This document shows, one piece after another, positions 32,119 to 40,761 of a DNA stretch of 64,000 nucleotides (its first letter is position 1; every line of letters starts with the position of its first letter). The stretch is from the NCBI GenBank assembly GCA_964360065.1, contig CAYHTW010000002.1, forward strand, positions 2,251-66,250, given 5' to 3'. Under the pieces are notes generated by a model that was not told the origin of the DNA, did not search any database, and was given only the letters and a program-made list of their open reading frames with translations. The translations under genes were made by a program, and so were the position numbers. Origin of the DNA: an uncultured Candidatus Saccharibacteria bacterium (GTDB taxonomy: Bacteria; Patescibacteriota; Minisyncoccia; UBA6257; Colwellbacteraceae).

Positions 32119-33354
32119 TTATAATGGCAACCCGAGGAGCTTCATTGCTTCTTTAAGACCGTTGAAAGAAGTGCTAACGACAAGATAATTATTGAACCGG
32201 GCGTAATTAAAAGAGGCTCCTATGGTGGAATAATTAATATATCTGGCCTTAGCGTCGCCAATGGTTATACCGTCCTTGAAAACTCCTATAGCTGCTCCAG
32301 GAGAAGTTAAGAATAAATTAGGCAAGTTGTCGGAAGACTCTATACTTTTTATGTCGGCAGAGACGGTAGCGGGGTTTGCCGAATCGTTTAGTTTAAAGAT
32401 ATAACCCGGCCTAGAACCATTAGCATCTTTGTAAACGAAAGCGGTCATGTCTCTATCGAAGGCGGTCAAAATTGTCGTTGGGTTCAGTTCCGGGAAGGCA
32501 ATAGCCATAAAAGCTGTGGCATCAACCGGAGAATTATTTACATTAAGGTTGATTTCGGTGAGAGTCTTGGGTTGAGCACCGAAAACAGCCGCAGTAAAAG
32601 CCGTTTGGATTTCGCCGAGAGTTAAAGTGGTCAGATTAACTGTGGAAGTAGAGGTCGGGGCAGTAATGAAAAAGGTTTGATGAGTTAACTGGGTGACTAC
32701 GGGGGGGGTGTTAGTGGTTGCTGAGGTTTGATCTCCGGTAGTATCAGTTGTGACGGAAACGGGGGTATTATTTCCCACTGGGAAAATAAGAGGCATGATA
32801 AAGAAGTAAATAACGAGTCCTGCTATAACAACAAGCGCGGCTGAAGCAGCTACTATAAGTAACGAACTTGGGCTATGTGCTGGTAGAACTACTTTAGTAG
32901 TGGCTCCTGGTGCCGAAGTGACCGCAGAAGGGTTGAAAACTGGCGCCTTAGAAAAATCAGCAGGCTGGAAAGTAGTTGGTTTAGTCTCAAGTCCTCCAGT
33001 TGATTTCAGAGAGGAAAGGTCGCTGGCCATAGTTCTGATGCCAATATCTGGAGCTGGAGGTGGAGGAACCGGAGAAGAGGTCCTGGCGGAAAAATTAGGA
33101 GGCGTAGTAAAAGAAACGGGGGGAGCCATAGGTGGACCCTGTTGGATCGGGGTAGTAGGTGTTACCGGAGAAATTGGTTTTGGCGCTATTGGAGATATTG
33201 GTGGGGCTACCGGCGGAGGTGGCGGTGGCGGTGGAGGAGGAGGCGGCGGTACTGGAGAACTATCAGGTATTCCAGCTGGCGGAACCGGCGGTTTATATTC
33301 GTTGTTGTCCGGCAAAGGAGCCGGACCTTGTAAGTTGTCTTGGTTACCGTTCAT
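32119..33354 (-). CDS. Proline-rich membrane-anchored protein (13-residue polyPro tract, single TM)
   Basis: Low-complexity Pro/Thr-rich N-terminal half, a TM helix, and a folded C-terminal domain. Confidence 0.5.
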   Translation of the reverse strand: MNGNQDNLQGPAPLPDNNEYKPPVPPAGIPDSSPVPPPPPPPPPPPPPVAPPISPIAPKPISPVTPTTPIQQGPPMAPPVSFTTPPNFSARTSSPVPPPPAPDIGIRTMASDLSSLKSTGGLETKPTTFQPADFSKAPVFNPSAVTSAPGATTKVVLPAHSPSSLLIVAASAALVVIAGLVIYFFIMPLIFPVGNNTPVSVTTDTTGDQTSATTNTPPVVTQLTHQTFFITAPTSTSTVNLTTLTLGEIQTAFTAAVFGAQPKTLTEINLNVNNSPVDATAFMAIAFPELNPTTILTAFDRDMTAFVYKDANGSRPGYIFKLNDSANPATVSADIKSIESSDNLPNLFLTSPGAAIGVFKDGITIGDAKARYINYSTIGASFNYARFNNYLVVSTSFNGLKEAMKLLGLPL

Positions 33355-33417
33355 ATGAGCTAATTATACACCCTTAACCCTACAACAGCACGTGTGGATA
33401 AGTAGGCTTGTCGCTTG

Positions 33418-35514
33418 CTATTTATTAAGCTGCTTTAAAGAAAGGCCTATCTTACCTTTTTCGGTTTTAATGACTTTGGCCCTAACTATTTCGCCGAGTT
33501 TCACTACATCAGACACTTTTTCCACGAAACCGTCTTTGAGTTCAGAAACATGAATCATTCCGTCCCGGCCTCCTCCTAAATCAACAATGGCTCCAAAATC
33601 CAACATTTTTATAATCGCCCCCTCTACAATTTCTCCAATCTCAAACTCTTTAACGATGTTTTTAACTTCTGCCATGGCCGCCTCCGCTGATTCTTTGGAA
33701 CCGGCAACATAAACCAAGCCGGCCTGCTCTATATCAATACTAATGGCTCCGGTACGTGCAATAATACCGTTGATCATTTTCCCTCCAGGACCGATGACTT
33801 CTCCGATCTTTTCCGGATCAATGGTAATAGTAAGAACACGCGGGGCATATTCTGAAAGTTCCGATTTGGGAGTTTTAATAACGCCGTCAATAAAATCCAA
33901 AATATGGAGCCTGGCTTGTTTAGCCTGTTGAAGCGATTTCTCCAAAATTTCAAAACTCACTCCGTCAATCTTTACGTCCATTTGAATAGCGTTAACACCA
34001 TCCCGTGTGCCAGCTACTTTAAGATCCATATCTCCATAATGATCTTCCGGTCCTTGAATGTCGGTTAAAACTTTATATTTACCGGCTTCGCCTGTCATCA
34101 AGCCCATAGCGATACCAGCCGCAGACTTTTTGACCGGGACTCCTGCATCCATCAAGGCCATAACAGAGGCGCAGACGGTAGCCATAGAAGAGGAGCCGTT
34201 AGAAGAAAGGACTTCCGAAACAACTCTAATGGTGTAGGGGAAATCTTCTTTACTTGGGATTAAGGGGCGGACAGCTTTTTCGGCTAAGGCGCCATGACCA
34301 ATTTCACGCCTGCCCGGAGCTCCAACTCGGCCAGTTTCCCCTACAGAGTAAGGCGGGAAGTTGTAGTGAAGCATAAATCTTTTCTTGCCGGACTGCTCTA
34401 TGGTTTCAATAAGTTGCTCCGAGCCAGGAGCGGCAAGCGTCACAACTCCCAAAGCCTGCGTGTTTCCTCTTATAAACAGCGCCGAGCCATGAGCACGTGG
34501 AAGAAAGCTTATTTCTCCATAAAGCTCCCTGACCTCATCTAACTTCCTGCTATCGGGTCTCTTGTCTTCTTTTAATATTTTCTCGTGCACCATAGCGTCA
34601 ACCGCTTCTTCAAAAAGGTGATTAATGGCTGCTGAATCGGCTTCAACGACTCTGGATTCATTAAGATAAGCTTCCAAAGTTTCTTTAACTTCTGCAAGAT
34701 TAACTTCTCTTTCGGTTTTGTCTTTGACATAGATAGCTTTATCCAGTTTACCGGATAGAAAATCGCTAACAGTTTTTTTCAAATCCGCTGAAGGTTCTTT
34801 TAAATGGAAATCTGATTTTTTGCTGCCAACTTCTTTTTGGAACTTTTCCTGGAAATCAAGAATTTTATTTATTTCTTTTGAAGCGAGCTTGAAGGCTTCC
34901 ATAATATCGCCTTCTTTAGCGTCATCACCGCTAAGTTCAATCATATTGATTTTATCTCTGGATCCGGCTACGAAAGTTTCAAACTCAACTTTGCCTTTGG
35001 AGAGTTCGCTAAGCTTGGGATTAATAATAATTTTGCCGTCAATTTTAGCCACTTTAACTCCCCCCACCGGCCCTTTCCAGGGAATGTTAGAGCTCAAGAT
35101 GGCGGCTGAAGCAGTATTAAGAGCCACCAAATCTGGGTCGTGTTCTTCGTCAAATGACATGATGGTGACTACTATCTGTATATCTTTCCTTATTCTATTA
35201 TTAAATAAAGGGCGAATGGCGCGGTCCACGAGACGTCCCGAGAGAATCGCTTCATCTGATGGCCTACCCTCTCTTCTTAAGAAACGGCTGCCCAATATCT
35301 TACCAACAGCATAGAATCTCTCTTCGTAATCAACGCTTAGTGGCATGTAATCTATATCCCTGTCCTCTCCCCCCACTACAACGGTAGCTAGGACAGTTGT
35401 ATCTCCATACCTGCCGATAACGGCAGCATTGGCCTGCTCGGCAATTTTTGATACTTCCAGTTTTAGAATCTTGCCACCTACTTCAGTTTCAAAAGATTTT
35501 CTATGCAATTCCAT
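33418..35514 (-). CDS. pnp: Polyribonucleotide nucleotidyltransferase (PNPase)
   Basis: Two RNase PH domains, KH and S1 domains. Confidence 0.9.
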   Translation of the reverse strand: MELHRKSFETEVGGKILKLEVSKIAEQANAAVIGRYGDTTVLATVVVGGEDRDIDYMPLSVDYEERFYAVGKILGSRFLRREGRPSDEAILSGRLVDRAIRPLFNNRIRKDIQIVVTIMSFDEEHDPDLVALNTASAAILSSNIPWKGPVGGVKVAKIDGKIIINPKLSELSKGKVEFETFVAGSRDKINMIELSGDDAKEGDIMEAFKLASKEINKILDFQEKFQKEVGSKKSDFHLKEPSADLKKTVSDFLSGKLDKAIYVKDKTEREVNLAEVKETLEAYLNESRVVEADSAAINHLFEEAVDAMVHEKILKEDKRPDSRKLDEVRELYGEISFLPRAHGSALFIRGNTQALGVVTLAAPGSEQLIETIEQSGKKRFMLHYNFPPYSVGETGRVGAPGRREIGHGALAEKAVRPLIPSKEDFPYTIRVVSEVLSSNGSSSMATVCASVMALMDAGVPVKKSAAGIAMGLMTGEAGKYKVLTDIQGPEDHYGDMDLKVAGTRDGVNAIQMDVKIDGVSFEILEKSLQQAKQARLHILDFIDGVIKTPKSELSEYAPRVLTITIDPEKIGEVIGPGGKMINGIIARTGAISIDIEQAGLVYVAGSKESAEAAMAEVKNIVKEFEIGEIVEGAIIKMLDFGAIVDLGGGRDGMIHVSELKDGFVEKVSDVVKLGEIVRAKVIKTEKGKIGLSLKQLNK

Positions 35515-35524
35515 CTATTTAAAT

Positions 35525-36058
35525 TTATTGCTTCTTCGCTTTCTTAAAAACTTTAAAAACAACTCCCGGGGTTTTACCTAAATCTATAAAAGAATCCGCA
35601 GTGTCTTCCAACTTGGAGGAAGCGGTCCTATCAAAAGCGGCTACTTCCACGGTCCTGCCCAGCCCCCACTTTAAATATTCGACTAAAGGGATAAAATCCC
35701 CGTCACCGCTTACTATAATAACTACATCTACTAAGCTCGCCATTCTGATAGCGTCAACGGCGAGCCCCACATCCCAATCGGCTTTTTTCATGCCATCCGG
35801 GAAAATCTGGATGTCTTTAATACGAAGTTCTATACCGGCCTTGTTTAGAGCATCAAAAAAAGCGCCCTCACCTGTAGCGGGATCGCTTTTAACAACATAA
35901 CCAAGAGCCCGAACAAGACGTCTGCCGTTAACGAGACGTTTTAAGAGATTATCAAAATTGACACGTCCGCCATATAAATTCTTGGCGGAATGATAAAGGT
36001 TCTGGATATCAATGAAGACTCCAACTCGCTGTTCCTTATTGGCTTGCACTACAGACAT
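35525..36058 (-). CDS. NYN/LabA-like (PIN-fold) putative RNase, translationally coupled to rpsO
   Basis: VGVFIDIQNLYH ... VVIIVSGDGDF acidic-residue pattern of NYN domains; the ATG overlaps the rpsO stop (TAATG). Confidence 0.65.
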   Translation of the reverse strand: MSVVQANKEQRVGVFIDIQNLYHSAKNLYGGRVNFDNLLKRLVNGRRLVRALGYVVKSDPATGEGAFFDALNKAGIELRIKDIQIFPDGMKKADWDVGLAVDAIRMASLVDVVIIVSGDGDFIPLVEYLKWGLGRTVEVAAFDRTASSKLEDTADSFIDLGKTPGVVFKVFKKAKKQ

Positions 36059-36324
36059 TATCTCTTAAGGCCAAGCTTTTTGATAAGCTTAGCGTAACCC
36101 TCCAAAGAATTAATAGAGAGGTACTGCAAAAGCTTCCTTCTCTTGGCAACCATACCTAGTAAACCTTTTCTAGAGTGATTATCCTTGGGGTTTTTCTTTA
36201 AATGAGAGGCTAACTTTTCCATTTCCTTACTGATAACGGCTACCTGTACTTCCGCGGATCCAGTGTCTTTATCGTGAGCTTGATGCTCGTCAATTACCTT
36301 TTTCTTTTGTTTAGTAGTTAACAT
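36058..36324 (-). CDS. rpsO: 30S ribosomal protein S15
   Basis: Canonical bS15 sequence, 88 aa. Confidence 0.9.
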   Translation of the reverse strand: MLTTKQKKKVIDEHQAHDKDTGSAEVQVAVISKEMEKLASHLKKNPKDNHSRKGLLGMVAKRRKLLQYLSINSLEGYAKLIKKLGLKR

Positions 36325-36458
36325 ATTTCACCCAATTTAGCAGGTTTGGCTTGATTTGTAAAGGCTGACCGGCTCGTTTTTAGTGTCGCAAAATATTCCT
36401 TGTTACAACTTGAATAGATTCAAATCGTAAAAGGACAAAATATTATGCAACAGTATAT

Positions 36459-37382
36459 GTGTCGCATAATATTTTGATGTATAATCTAAGCATGGATTTA
36501 CAAAAAACCGTAAAGGACTATCTAGACTATCTGGAGGTGGAGAAAAACCGCTCTCCTCTGACGCGTAAGTCCTACGAAAGATGTCTTAGAAAGTTCCTCC
36601 TTATTACGGGAGCCAAAAAGATTAGCGACGTGACCGAAGAAAGCATCAGAGAGTTCAGAGTTAAGCTTGCCGACATGCCCGGCATTAAGAAAGGAACGCA
36701 GGCCTACCACATAATAGTCATAAGAAACTTCCTGAAATATTTGGCTAAGCGCGGGATTGCCTCTGTTTCCGCCGACAAGATTGAGTTGCCTAAGGTACCG
36801 CAACGGCAGATAAGTGTTCTGGAATATGCTGATTTAGAAAGACTCCTTGCAGCACCTAAGGGCAATGATTTAAAGAGTTTGAGAGATAGGGCAATACTGG
36901 AGACATTTTTTTCCACGGGCCTCCGTATTTCCGAGCTATGTTCTATGGACCGATTTACTAATTTTGACAGAGGTGAGCTCACTATAAGAGGCAAGGGTGA
37001 AAAATTACGTACAGTATTCCTATCCGAACGAGCTAAAAAGACAATTAAAGAATATTTAGACAAGCGAACTGACACAGACCAGGCGCTTTTCATCAGCATT
37101 TCTAAAGGGAAAAGCCCTAAAGTTCTGGGGCGTATTATCCCCCGCACTATTCAAAGAATGGTGGATTATTACGGCCGGGCAGCCGGCATTCCAAATAGGA
37201 TTACCCCACATAAGTTGCGCCACCAATTCGCAACCGACTTATTAATGAATGGAGCGGACTTAAGAAGTGTGCAGGAACTTTTAGGCCACGCCAATATCAC
37301 CACTACCCAGATTTATACCCACGTTACAAACAAAGAACTCCACGAAGTCCACGACGCCTTCCACGGACGGAGGAGGAAGTAA
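36459..37382 (+). CDS. Tyrosine site-specific recombinase XerC/XerD family
   Basis: R...HKLRHQFAT...LGHANITTTQIYTHV catalytic motifs. Confidence 0.85.
   Translation: MSHNILMYNLSMDLQKTVKDYLDYLEVEKNRSPLTRKSYERCLRKFLLITGAKKISDVTEESIREFRVKLADMPGIKKGTQAYHIIVIRNFLKYLAKRGIASVSADKIELPKVPQRQISVLEYADLERLLAAPKGNDLKSLRDRAILETFFSTGLRISELCSMDRFTNFDRGELTIRGKGEKLRTVFLSERAKKTIKEYLDKRTDTDQALFISISKGKSPKVLGRIIPRTIQRMVDYYGRAAGIPNRITPHKLRHQFATDLLMNGADLRSVQELLGHANITTTQIYTHVTNKELHEVHDAFHGRRRK
37308..37382. repeat. Direct repeat copy 1 (3' terminal 75 nt of the recombinase gene)
   Basis: 50/50 identical and then 19/25 identical to 38137-38211; every difference is synonymous in the recombinase frame. Confidence 0.8.
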
Positions 37383-37438
37383 CTATCCACAAGCCTTTGA
37401 CATGATATGACTTCTGTCTTAAACTAACACAGAAGTCA

Positions 37439-37473
37439 CCTGCGCCCGCCGAAAGGCTGTGTGCAGGTTTTTT
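37439..37473 (+). terminator. Probable rho-independent terminator after the recombinase gene (GC stem plus T6)
   Basis: cctgc...gcagg stem followed by tttttt. Confidence 0.4.
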
Positions 37474-37511
37474 ATTTACAAACGAATAAATAGGCCATAG
37501 AATCTCCATAT

Positions 37512-38357
37512 ATGGAGACCGAACGCGTTTGTATATTTATAGATGGCGGGAATTTTTATCATCTTGCGTTACAAAGACTTGGATTGCATGAAGTAGATTT
37601 TGATTTTGATAAATTCGCCACGTTTCTAGCTAATGGGAGGACTATAGCTAAAGAAGGAAAAAGATTTTATATAGGGACTGTAAGAGAGATACATGATGGG
37701 CACGAAAATAAACAGGCGATGATGCACCAAACAGCTCTTTTCCGTGAATTAATAGAGAAGGGTAATTGGGGAATTAAAACGAGTAAGCTAAGAACTAGAT
37801 TAGAGAGAATTAAAATTGATGATAGGTTTATAGATTATCAAAAACTACTTAAGGCTGGCTTTAAGGAAGTTGCTTATACTAGATCTAGAGAAAAAGGCAT
37901 TGATGTCAAAATGGCTACTGATATAATTGTTGGCGCAATAGATAAGAAATATGACACAGCTATCGTAGTTAGTTCAGATACAGATATTATACCAGCAATA
38001 GATTGGGTACGGATGAGGCTACATAAAAAAGTAGAATACGTTGGATTCTCTATGCCAGAAACCAAAACAAAAGAGGCTATTAAGCCTACAAAGACCATGA
38101 TTTATAAAACCGATGTACAGAGGGTTCTAATTGACTCAGATTTATACCCACGTTACAAACAAAGAACTCCACGAAGTCCACGACGCTTTCCACGGCAGAA
38201 GGAGAAAGTAATTTATTTTCTAGAAAGTTTGGCGCGCGCCAGCTCCATAGCTACCAACCGGGGATTCTTTTTCTCGGCAACTGATTTTCGAAGCACTGCC
38301 TGGGTGGTTTTCTTGATTTTTTTCTCCACTAAATCAAGCATCCGTTTCGGATTGTAA
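37512..38357 (+). CDS. NYN-domain (PIN-like) protein; the ORF reads through the downstream repeat copy, so the last ~70 aa are probably non-native
   Basis: CIFIDGGNFYH, KGIDVKMATD and VSSDTDIIPA motifs. The C-terminal tail is encoded by the duplicated recombinase 3' end and by gdh antisense sequence. Confidence 0.6.
   Translation: METERVCIFIDGGNFYHLALQRLGLHEVDFDFDKFATFLANGRTIAKEGKRFYIGTVREIHDGHENKQAMMHQTALFRELIEKGNWGIKTSKLRTRLERIKIDDRFIDYQKLLKAGFKEVAYTRSREKGIDVKMATDIIVGAIDKKYDTAIVVSSDTDIIPAIDWVRMRLHKKVEYVGFSMPETKTKEAIKPTKTMIYKTDVQRVLIDSDLYPRYKQRTPRSPRRFPRQKEKVIYFLESLARASSIATNRGFFFSATDFRSTAWVVFLIFFSTKSSIRFGL
38137..38211. repeat. Direct repeat copy 2 (displaced duplicate of recombinase 3' end, still ending in TAA)
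   Basis: See copy 1. Confidence 0.8.
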
Positions 38358-39358
38358 CCGCGGTGTTCGGCATAGGATGAGATGACTCCACCGGCGTTAG
38401 CTATCATGTCCGGCACTATCATAATTCCTTTCTGCCAGAGCCAATGCTCCACGTTTTCCCGCATAGGGATATTGGCTCCCTCAACTATGATTTTCGCTTT
38501 AATACTGCTTTTGTTTTTGTCGTTAATGACATCTGTAACAGAAGCTGGAATCAAAATATCAACCTTCAGACCGAAAATAGCATCACGGCTTATTTTTTTG
38601 CCAGGCTTGTAGTCAGCTACAGACTTTCTCTCTTTTTTGAGTCCCATCAGTTTTTTGTAATCCAAACCGTCGGCGTTATAGACACCGCCACGGCTGTCAG
38701 CCACTGCCACAATTTTCGCTCCAATCTCTGCCAAATACTTGAAAGCAAAAGTTCCCACATTACCAAAGCCCTCTATGGCCACCGTAGCTCCTTTAATATT
38801 GAGCCCGTAAACTTCGGCGGCTACTGCCGTAGCTTGGGCTACGCCAAAACCCGTGCTGCCAAACTCATGCGGGATGCCGCATCGTTCCCCCTTTTTGCCG
38901 AAAATTTTCATACATAGGTCTGCCGGCTTGCCAGTAGCGGAATGCCAATTGCCGGTTGCCTCCACAAACCATTTCATTTCTCGCTCTCCTGTATTAACAT
39001 CGGGACCCGCGATATACATTTTAGGAGTCAGAGGTTTTATGGCCCGGGCAAAGCTTTGTATGTATTCTTTCTTTAACTCTTCCGAGCCGCCTGACCAAAC
39101 TATTCCAGCTTTAGCCCCGCCGAAAGGAATGTCGGCTAAAGCATTTTTAAAAGTCATGGTTCTCGCTAAACGAGCCACTTCGGTTTCTGTAACATCGGGT
39201 GTCATGCGAATACCGCCCTTACCTACACCCAAAGTCGTGTTATCAATAACCAAAAATCCACGCATACCGAGCAAAGGATCATAAACCTTAACGACTACTT
39301 CGGGACCAATTTTATCTTCGCCAGTTTTATTTTTTGTTTTAATTTGCTCCTGTTTCAT
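38213..39358 (-). CDS. Glu/Leu/Phe/Val dehydrogenase family (short form)
   Basis: KGGIRMTPD...GGAKAGI and GFGNVG Rossmann motifs. Confidence 0.8.
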   Translation of the reverse strand: MKQEQIKTKNKTGEDKIGPEVVVKVYDPLLGMRGFLVIDNTTLGVGKGGIRMTPDVTETEVARLARTMTFKNALADIPFGGAKAGIVWSGGSEELKKEYIQSFARAIKPLTPKMYIAGPDVNTGEREMKWFVEATGNWHSATGKPADLCMKIFGKKGERCGIPHEFGSTGFGVAQATAVAAEVYGLNIKGATVAIEGFGNVGTFAFKYLAEIGAKIVAVADSRGGVYNADGLDYKKLMGLKKERKSVADYKPGKKISRDAIFGLKVDILIPASVTDVINDKNKSSIKAKIIVEGANIPMRENVEHWLWQKGIMIVPDMIANAGGVISSYAEHRGYNPKRMLDLVEKKIKKTTQAVLRKSVAEKKNPRLVAMELARAKLSRK

Positions 39359-39365
39359 TTTTTTG

Positions 39366-39447
39366 TGCCCCCGAGAGGATTTGAACCTCTAACCCTTGCA
39401 GGACGTGCTCCTAAGGCACGCGCGTATGCCAATTCCGCCACGGGGGC
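39366..39447 (-). tRNA. tRNA-Leu (anticodon TAG), long variable arm
   Basis: 82 nt, anticodon loop ctTAGga, T-loop ggttcaaatcc. Confidence 0.8.
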
Positions 39448-39629
39448 AGTTATATAGATAAATACTAGTATAACTTGACTATTTATTCAAAATATGGTAT
39501 TAATTAAGGAATGGAGAGGGAGTGAAAATAACCCGCCAGCTGGCGAACTATTCCCCTTCTTCTTCGCTAGCCACAATAAAAACCCGTCTTACAAAAAACG
39601 GGTTTTTAAATTGCGCATTAAAGCACTTA

Positions 39630-39983
39630 CTACGCTCCTGGGAAAAGCCCTTTAACTACTATAGGTATGGCCTTAGCGATAAGAGCCACAAAGATGGCAA
39701 TAATAGCGTAGAGCATGTAGTGCTTGGCTTTAGTCAAGTTGTCTTCTATGGCGCCGGCAGTCAGGTACATATAGGCCGCCCAAAGGATAAAGATGGCAGC
39801 TAGCGCAACTAAAAGGGCGACTCCGAAGTTCATGATATTCTCAATTATCCTGGGAATATCTATGCTATTGGTGGTGTTGACTGGTGGAAGATTGCCTGGC
39901 AGTGCCTGAGCATAAACGGTGGCTGCCTGTGAAGCAAAGAGTAGGGCAGTGGAAACTATTTTTGAATTAAATTTATTTATCAT
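39630..39983 (-). CDS. VirB2/TrbC-like mini-pilin (signal peptide plus two hydrophobic helices), paralog 1
   Basis: Signal peptide ending AQA, then two TM helices separated by a short charged loop. Confidence 0.45.
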   Translation of the reverse strand: MINKFNSKIVSTALLFASQAATVYAQALPGNLPPVNTTNSIDIPRIIENIMNFGVALLVALAAIFILWAAYMYLTAGAIEDNLTKAKHYMLYAIIAIFVALIAKAIPIVVKGLFPGA

Positions 39984-40044
39984 ATTTTAGTGCTAAACTT
40001 CGACCTTTTTGTTTTTAATAAGATACCATAAAGGCCATTATTTG

Positions 40045-40431
40045 TTAAGTGAGGGGGGCGGGACAGAAACCGATATCACCAGCTCCCAATAGTCCGGTGA
40101 TAAGAACGACTAATCCTTTAGCGAGCAGAATTATCGCTAATCCTATTACAGTGTAAAGAATGGTGTTCTTCCCGGCTTCAAATCTTTGAGGACTCTCGGC
40201 GGCTGTCAGTATCAGGAAAGCGCCATAGAGTATCATTAAGCCTGCTATAGGAATAGAAACGGCTATTATGAAGTCTGTAACACTATAGATAATAGGGCAG
40301 ATGTCCTGGGGCAATAGCGTCCCGTCGGGTAATCTAGGAGGTTGGATGCTTAAACCACCACCGGAAGAATTTGAGCCGCTATCTCCCGGAAAAACAGTAT
40401 CGGCTAAAACTTTTTGTATTAAAAAATTCAT
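40045..40431 (-). CDS. VirB2/TrbC-like mini-pilin paralog 2
   Basis: Shared motif ILYGAFLILTAAESPQRFEAGKNTILYTVIGLAI with the neighbouring genes. Confidence 0.4.
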   Translation of the reverse strand: MNFLIQKVLADTVFPGDSGSNSSGGGLSIQPPRLPDGTLLPQDICPIIYSVTDFIIAVSIPIAGLMILYGAFLILTAAESPQRFEAGKNTILYTVIGLAIILLAKGLVVLITGLLGAGDIGFCPAPLT

Positions 40432-40434
40432 AAT

Positions 40435-40761
40435 TTATCCCGATAAAGCCCTGGTCACCAATGTTACTAGAATGTATGACCCGAAGACTATAAATAAACC
40501 TATCACAGCTCCTATAATAGCATCTTTACCTTTTTCGTACCTACTTTCTGAACCGCCTGAAGTGAGTATGGTGAAACCTCCGTAGAGAATAACGAGAACC
40601 GCTAAGGGAATGGCGCCATAAAGCAATAAAGTCATTAAATTAGTAATCGTCTGAGACAATTCGGGCCAGCCGTAACCGCCGCTTGGGGATTGCGGCACTA
40701 TAGGAAAAATCGTTAACAAAATCCCTTTAAACTTATCTCTACTTGTGTCTACTTTTATCAT
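40435..40761 (-). CDS. VirB2/TrbC-like mini-pilin paralog 3
   Basis: ILYGGFTILTSGGSESRYEKGKDAIIGAVIGLFI, the same architecture. Confidence 0.4.
   Translation of the reverse strand: MIKVDTSRDKFKGILLTIFPIVPQSPSGGYGWPELSQTITNLMTLLLYGAIPLAVLVILYGGFTILTSGGSESRYEKGKDAIIGAVIGLFIVFGSYILVTLVTRALSG

Noticed and set aside
32900-33358. Gly-rich + strand ORFs (GGGGGGGG...)
   Set aside because: Antisense image of the polyproline tract in the - strand Pro-rich protein.
36436-36466. dif site
   Set aside because: The arm arrangement is inverted relative to canonical dif (conserved pentamers at outer rather than inner positions). Kept only as a low-interest palindrome.
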